Positions 60,563-64,000 of a stretch of 64,000 nucleotides of DNA are shown in pieces. The position numbers were made by a program, and so were the translations under genes. Positions within the stretch are counted from its first letter, which is position 1. Every line of letters begins with the position of its first letter. Source of the stretch: an uncultured Chloroflexia bacterium (lineage in GTDB: Bacteria > Chloroflexota > Dehalococcoidia > DSTF01 > WHTK01); the NCBI GenBank assembly GCA_963731765.1, contig CAVSWS010000018.1, forward strand, positions 67,440-131,439, in the 5' to 3' direction. Below the pieces are notes generated by a model that was not told the DNA's origin, ran no database searches, and saw only the letters and a list, made by a program, of their open reading frames with translations.

Positions 60563-60638
60563 GGCGCCATCGTCTAGGGGACTAGGACACAGCCCTTTCA
60601 AGGCTGGAACCGGAGTTCGAATCTCCGTGGCGCTACCA
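60563..60638 (+). tRNA. tRNA-Glu (anticodon TTC)
   Basis: Cloverleaf: acceptor GGCGCCA/TGGCGCT (G·U first pair), anticodon stem CAGCC/GGCTG with loop CTTTCAA, T-arm CGGAG-TTCGAAT-CTCCG, discriminator A plus encoded CCA. Confidence 0.85.
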
Positions 60639-60654
60639 AGCACTCATCCCTGAC

Positions 60655-60939
60655 CTACTTCCACAGGTCGACCACCTCCAGTTCCACGATGGGCGGTTCT
60701 TCCGCAGGCTGGAGGTTCGCGGCCTTCAGAATCGAAAACACCACGGGATGCAGGCGTGACTCCACAAACGCGGACCAGGCGTCTCGCGACTCCCATACAT
60801 CGATGTAGCGCAGGCCGTTCTCGGTCTTGAATGCCGTGTGGCACAACATGCCTTCCGGTAGGTCCCTGCCGAGCCCTTCGACGATCTTTTCGTACACGTC
60901 CGCGTTGATCGGCACGTCCTGCATGAATGCGAATGCCAT
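60655..60939 (-). CDS. small cytoplasmic protein, possibly ABM/Dabb-fold; divergent from the TetR gene
   Basis: 94 aa with good codon usage; the fold assignment is tentative. Confidence 0.5.
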   Translation of the reverse strand: MAFAFMQDVPINADVYEKIVEGLGRDLPEGMLCHTAFKTENGLRYIDVWESRDAWSAFVESRLHPVVFSILKAANLQPAEEPPIVELEVVDLWK

Positions 60940-60956
60940 ATGAATGCCCTCCTGAT

Positions 60957-60981
60957 TTCATCCGAATCTAATTCGGATGAA
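60957..60981. promoter_or_regulatory. putative TetR operator, an 11-bp perfect inverted repeat TTCATCCGAAT-cta-ATTCGGATGAA overlapping the tetR start codon
   Basis: Seen directly; sits in the divergent region between 60655-60939 (-) and tetR (+). Confidence 0.55.
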
Positions 60982-61660
60982 TGCTAACATGGCAGTCATG
61001 GCGAATCCAGCAAAACGACGCTACCAGTCGCTGCAGCGCACACATGCTGCAGCTGAAACCCGGCACGCCATTCTCGCGGCAGCACGAGACCTCTTCGTCG
61101 AGAAGGGCTATGGCGCCACGACGATGCAGGACATCGCCCGGGCGGCCGACGTCGCGCTCGACACGATCTACGCATCGGTGGGCCGCAAGCCGCAGCTGTT
61201 CCGGCTCCTGATCGAGACGGCGATCTCCGGCATCGATCAGCCCGTGGAGGCCGAGGAGCGCGAATACGTTCACGCCATCCATGCAGCCCCCGATGCTTCC
61301 AAGAAGCTCCAGGTCTACGCCAGCGCCATTGCACGCATCATGCCTCGACTGGCACCGCTGTTCAGGGAGGCGATGCGGGCGGCCTCGGCCCACCCCGAAC
61401 TCGCGCAGCTCTGGGACGAGATCTCGGAACGCCGAGCCGCGAACATGCGCCGGATGGCCGCGGACCTGGAGGCAACAGGTGGACTGGCCGTCCCCCTCCA
61501 GGAAGCCGCCGACGTCCTGTGGACGATGAACTCCCCGGACGTGTTCTTGCTTCTGACCGAGCAGCGGGGCTGGACGCCGGAGCGCTACTCCGCCTGGCTG
61601 GCGGAGGTCTGGGAGCGCATGCTGCTACAACCCCGCTCGCAGCCGCCCGCCGAGACGTAA
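60977..61660 (+). CDS. TetR/AcrR-family transcriptional regulator
   Basis: N-terminal HTH 'ETRHAILAAARDLFVEKGYGATTMQDIARAADVALDTIYASV'. Confidence 0.85.
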   Translation: MNANMAVMANPAKRRYQSLQRTHAAAETRHAILAAARDLFVEKGYGATTMQDIARAADVALDTIYASVGRKPQLFRLLIETAISGIDQPVEAEEREYVHAIHAAPDASKKLQVYASAIARIMPRLAPLFREAMRAASAHPELAQLWDEISERRAANMRRMAADLEATGGLAVPLQEAADVLWTMNSPDVFLLLTEQRGWTPERYSAWLAEVWERMLLQPRSQPPAET

Positions 61661-61764
61661 AGAGCGTCGCTGCTACTAATGACCCTGTCGCGTCCAAAAC
61701 ATGGCTGGGTTACGCTTCCTCCAACGAAATTTCGCGCGGCGCCGAGCCGCCTTCGGAGGAGCAT

Positions 61765-62592
61765 ATGTCAGACGAATTGAAGGGCCAGGTCGCGATCGTC
61801 ACCGGTGGCGGTCGGGGCTTCGGGCAGGCCATCGCGCAGAAGCTGGCGTCGCAGGGCGCGGCCGTGACGGTGACGTCGCGCACGCAGGCGCAGCTGGACG
61901 AGACGAAGGCCTCGATCGAGGCGGCGGGCGGCAAGGCGATAGCGATCGCGGCAGACGTCAACTCGCAGGCCGACTGGGACCGCGTCGTCTCGGAGACGGA
62001 GTCGAAGCTGGGCCCCGTGACGCTGCTGGTGGCCAACGCTGCCCTGAGCGACCCCGCCGGGCCAGTCTACGAAGCAGACCCCGAGGTGTGGCAGAAAACG
62101 CTCGACACCAATGTGATGGGCGCCGTGCGGGGTGCGCGTGCCGTGCTACCCGGCATGGTGGAACGTCGCAAGGGGCGCATGATCATCATCTCGTCCGGCG
62201 CCGCCCTGGCAGCCGCGCCGTTTACGAGCCCGTATCGCGTGTCGAAGACGGCGCTGCTGCGGTTGGGCGAGATCCTGGCGCTGGAAGTACGCGACTTCGG
62301 CGTCAGTGTGTTCTCGATTCATCCCGGCGTTATCAACTCCACCATTCTGGATTCGGCCGTGCGCACCGACGCCGGTCGCAAGTGGGTGCCGCACATGGCA
62401 CAGATGGTCGAGTCGGGCAAGGCGCTCACCGGGACGGAGCAGTGCGCCGACTGCTGCGCCTTCCTGGCCTCCGGTGACGCAGACGGCCTGACGGGTCGCT
62501 ACGTCAGCGCCACAGAGGACTTCCGTGCCCTGGCTGCCCGAGCGCAGGAGATCGCCGAGGGCGATCTGCAGGTGCTGCGACTGACCAAGTAG
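61765..62592 (+). CDS. SDR-family oxidoreductase
   Basis: 'VAIVTGGGRGFGQAIA' Rossmann motif and 'YRVSKTAL' catalytic YxxxK. Start at MSDELKG, 6 nt after 'ggagga'. Confidence 0.85.
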   Translation: MSDELKGQVAIVTGGGRGFGQAIAQKLASQGAAVTVTSRTQAQLDETKASIEAAGGKAIAIAADVNSQADWDRVVSETESKLGPVTLLVANAALSDPAGPVYEADPEVWQKTLDTNVMGAVRGARAVLPGMVERRKGRMIIISSGAALAAAPFTSPYRVSKTALLRLGEILALEVRDFGVSVFSIHPGVINSTILDSAVRTDAGRKWVPHMAQMVESGKALTGTEQCADCCAFLASGDADGLTGRYVSATEDFRALAARAQEIAEGDLQVLRLTK

Positions 62593-62748
62593 CCGCGAGC
62601 GCGAGCTATCGGTACGAAGGGATGCTGGAGGGGCGGTTCGCGAACCGCCCCTCCGACGTTGCGGTGCTAGAGTGAAGCCTCGGCCTGGACAAGCGCAGGC
62701 CGAGATTGCTTCACCTCCGCTATCGCGGATGGCTCGCAACGAGGAGAC

Positions 62749-63738
62749 ATGGCGCACTCGATCATCGACGTGGCCCAGGACATCGCAGACAACGTGCTGT
62801 TTCCGGCCGCGCTGGAGACCGACGCGGCCGATAGCGTCTCACGAGAACGGCTGGAGGTGCTGGCGGAGGCCGGACTGTACGGCCTCGCCGGGCCAAGCTC
62901 TCACGGCGGCCTGGGTATTGAGCCGGCGACACAGTGGGCTGTGATCGAGCGGCTGGCCAGCGGCTGCCTCTCGACGACGTTCGTGTGGATCCAGCACAGC
63001 ACGCCGGTGCGGGAGCTGACGAGTACCCCGAACACCGCCCTGCGCGATGCCTGGCTGGCCGAAATGTGCGCCGGGCGTTGGCGGGCCGGGATTGCCCTCG
63101 GCGGGCTGCACCAGGGAAGCGCAGGGCTCAAGGCAACGCCTGTCGAGGGCGGCTGGCTGATCAATGGGGACGCGCCATACGTCACCGGCTGGGGACTGCT
63201 GGACGTGGTGCTGATCGCGGCGCTGACGCCAGACAACGAGGTCGTGCGGGCGCTGATCGATGCCGTCGAAGGTCCATCGGTAAGCTCACAGCGCCTGCAT
63301 CTCGTCGCGGCGAACGCGAGCCGCACGTTTCGCCTGCACATCGATGGCCTGTTCGTGCCTTCGGAGCGCGTGACCTCCGTGACGCCTTACACACCGCCGC
63401 CTGCGTACGACGGCGGTGGCCGACCTAACGGCTCGCTGGCGCTCGGCGTGGCGCGACGCTGCCTGCAGATGCTGGGGCCGTCGCCCCTGGACGCGGCGCT
63501 GGACGCCTGCCGGCGAGACCTGGACAGCGCAGACGAAGCGCATATGGCGGAAGCGCGGGCCGCGGCGGCAGAGATGGCCTCGCGAGCGGCGACGGCATTG
63601 ATTGTCGGGCGCGGCAGCCGCTCGATCCTTGTCGAAGACCAGGCGCAGCGCCTGTATCGCGAAGCCGCGTTCCTCCTCGTATTCGGAAGCCGCGCCGCGA
63701 TCAAGTCGTCTCTTCTCCACCGTTTCGGCGTCGCCTGA
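62749..63738 (+). CDS. acyl-CoA dehydrogenase family protein
   Basis: N-terminal alpha-domain and middle beta-barrel domain motifs ('GLYGLAGPSSHGGLGIE', 'ALGGLHQGSAG'). Confidence 0.7.
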   Translation: MAHSIIDVAQDIADNVLFPAALETDAADSVSRERLEVLAEAGLYGLAGPSSHGGLGIEPATQWAVIERLASGCLSTTFVWIQHSTPVRELTSTPNTALRDAWLAEMCAGRWRAGIALGGLHQGSAGLKATPVEGGWLINGDAPYVTGWGLLDVVLIAALTPDNEVVRALIDAVEGPSVSSQRLHLVAANASRTFRLHIDGLFVPSERVTSVTPYTPPPAYDGGGRPNGSLALGVARRCLQMLGPSPLDAALDACRRDLDSADEAHMAEARAAAAEMASRAATALIVGRGSRSILVEDQAQRLYREAAFLLVFGSRAAIKSSLLHRFGVA

Positions 63739-63825
63739 TTCGCGCACTGAAACGACTGCCCCACCTCGACGTTCTTCTAGTCGAGGACGAGCCTCGCCGC
63801 CCGCCCTGCAAGGAGGCAACACGCA

Positions 63826-64000
63826 ATGGCTCAGGAAGCATCGGCTTCTGACACTCCGTCCCCTGTGGCGGAGCATTTCGACGTGGTACTCGTCAGCACC
63901 AGCCCGATGTGCATGATCGCTGCGCTGGCGGAACGAGCAGCAGGCAAGCGCGTCGTCGTCGTAGACGCTGCCGATTCCGTCGGCGGCACATGGAAGGTCA
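63826..64000 (+). CDS. FAD/NAD(P)-binding oxidoreductase, 3' end outside the window
   Basis: 'FDVVLVSTSPMCMIAALAERAAGKRVVVVDAADSVGGTW' dinucleotide-binding fold. ATG is 10 nt after 'aaggagg'. Confidence 0.7.
   Translation, partial: MAQEASASDTPSPVAEHFDVVLVSTSPMCMIAALAERAAGKRVVVVDAADSVGGTWKV

Overview
High-GC (about 65-68%) bacterial chromosomal window with several short islands of about 50% GC. Gene content points to a Chloroflexota-like organism: F420/PPOX-class enzymes, a mismatch-repair mutL, a monoderm-type Tad locus, and several apparently leaderless genes. This is inferred from content only, with no database search.

Order along the window:
- Left end: a LuxR/MalT-type regulator cut by the window edge, an FAD oxidase, purC-purS, methyltransferases, and an HI0933 flavoprotein.
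- A minus-strand his operon, hisG-hisD-hisC-hisB, whose three intergenic gaps each hold a structured element.
- HNH endonuclease, NfeD protease, biotin ligase (birA-like), an amidohydrolase, and a decayed DUF433/DUF5615 toxin-antitoxin pair.
- uvrB and two paralogous F420-type PPOX genes. These are separated by two families of GC-rich hairpin repeats.
- A low-GC island with one 420-aa gene of unknown function.
- The glcD-glcE-(small ORF)-glcF glycolate oxidase operon and a LysM/Tat cell-wall hydrolase.
- A complete monoderm-type Tad/Flp pilus locus: ECF sigma, small protein, two flp, cpaB, REC-cpaE, cpaF, tadB, tadC, DUF192.
- An unusual winged-helix + DnaC/IstB-clade AAA+ ATPase, a CAP-domain surface protein, DUF429, mutL, a VIT iron transporter, rplU-rpmA-rpmE, hemB, ThuA and a MetE-like gene.
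- Right end: divergent MarR/MMPL, a lipoprotein, ABC-F, ftsK, tRNA-Glu(TTC), a TetR-regulated pair, SDR, and an acyl-CoA dehydrogenase.

The most striking pattern is seven single-base insertions that split seven otherwise conserved housekeeping genes: glcD, cpaF, mutL, hemB (twice), abcF and ftsK. Four of these sit in the same CRCTTG context. That looks like systematic sequencing error rather than biology, but it needs read-level verification.

No CRISPR array, rRNA, transposase or integrase was seen.
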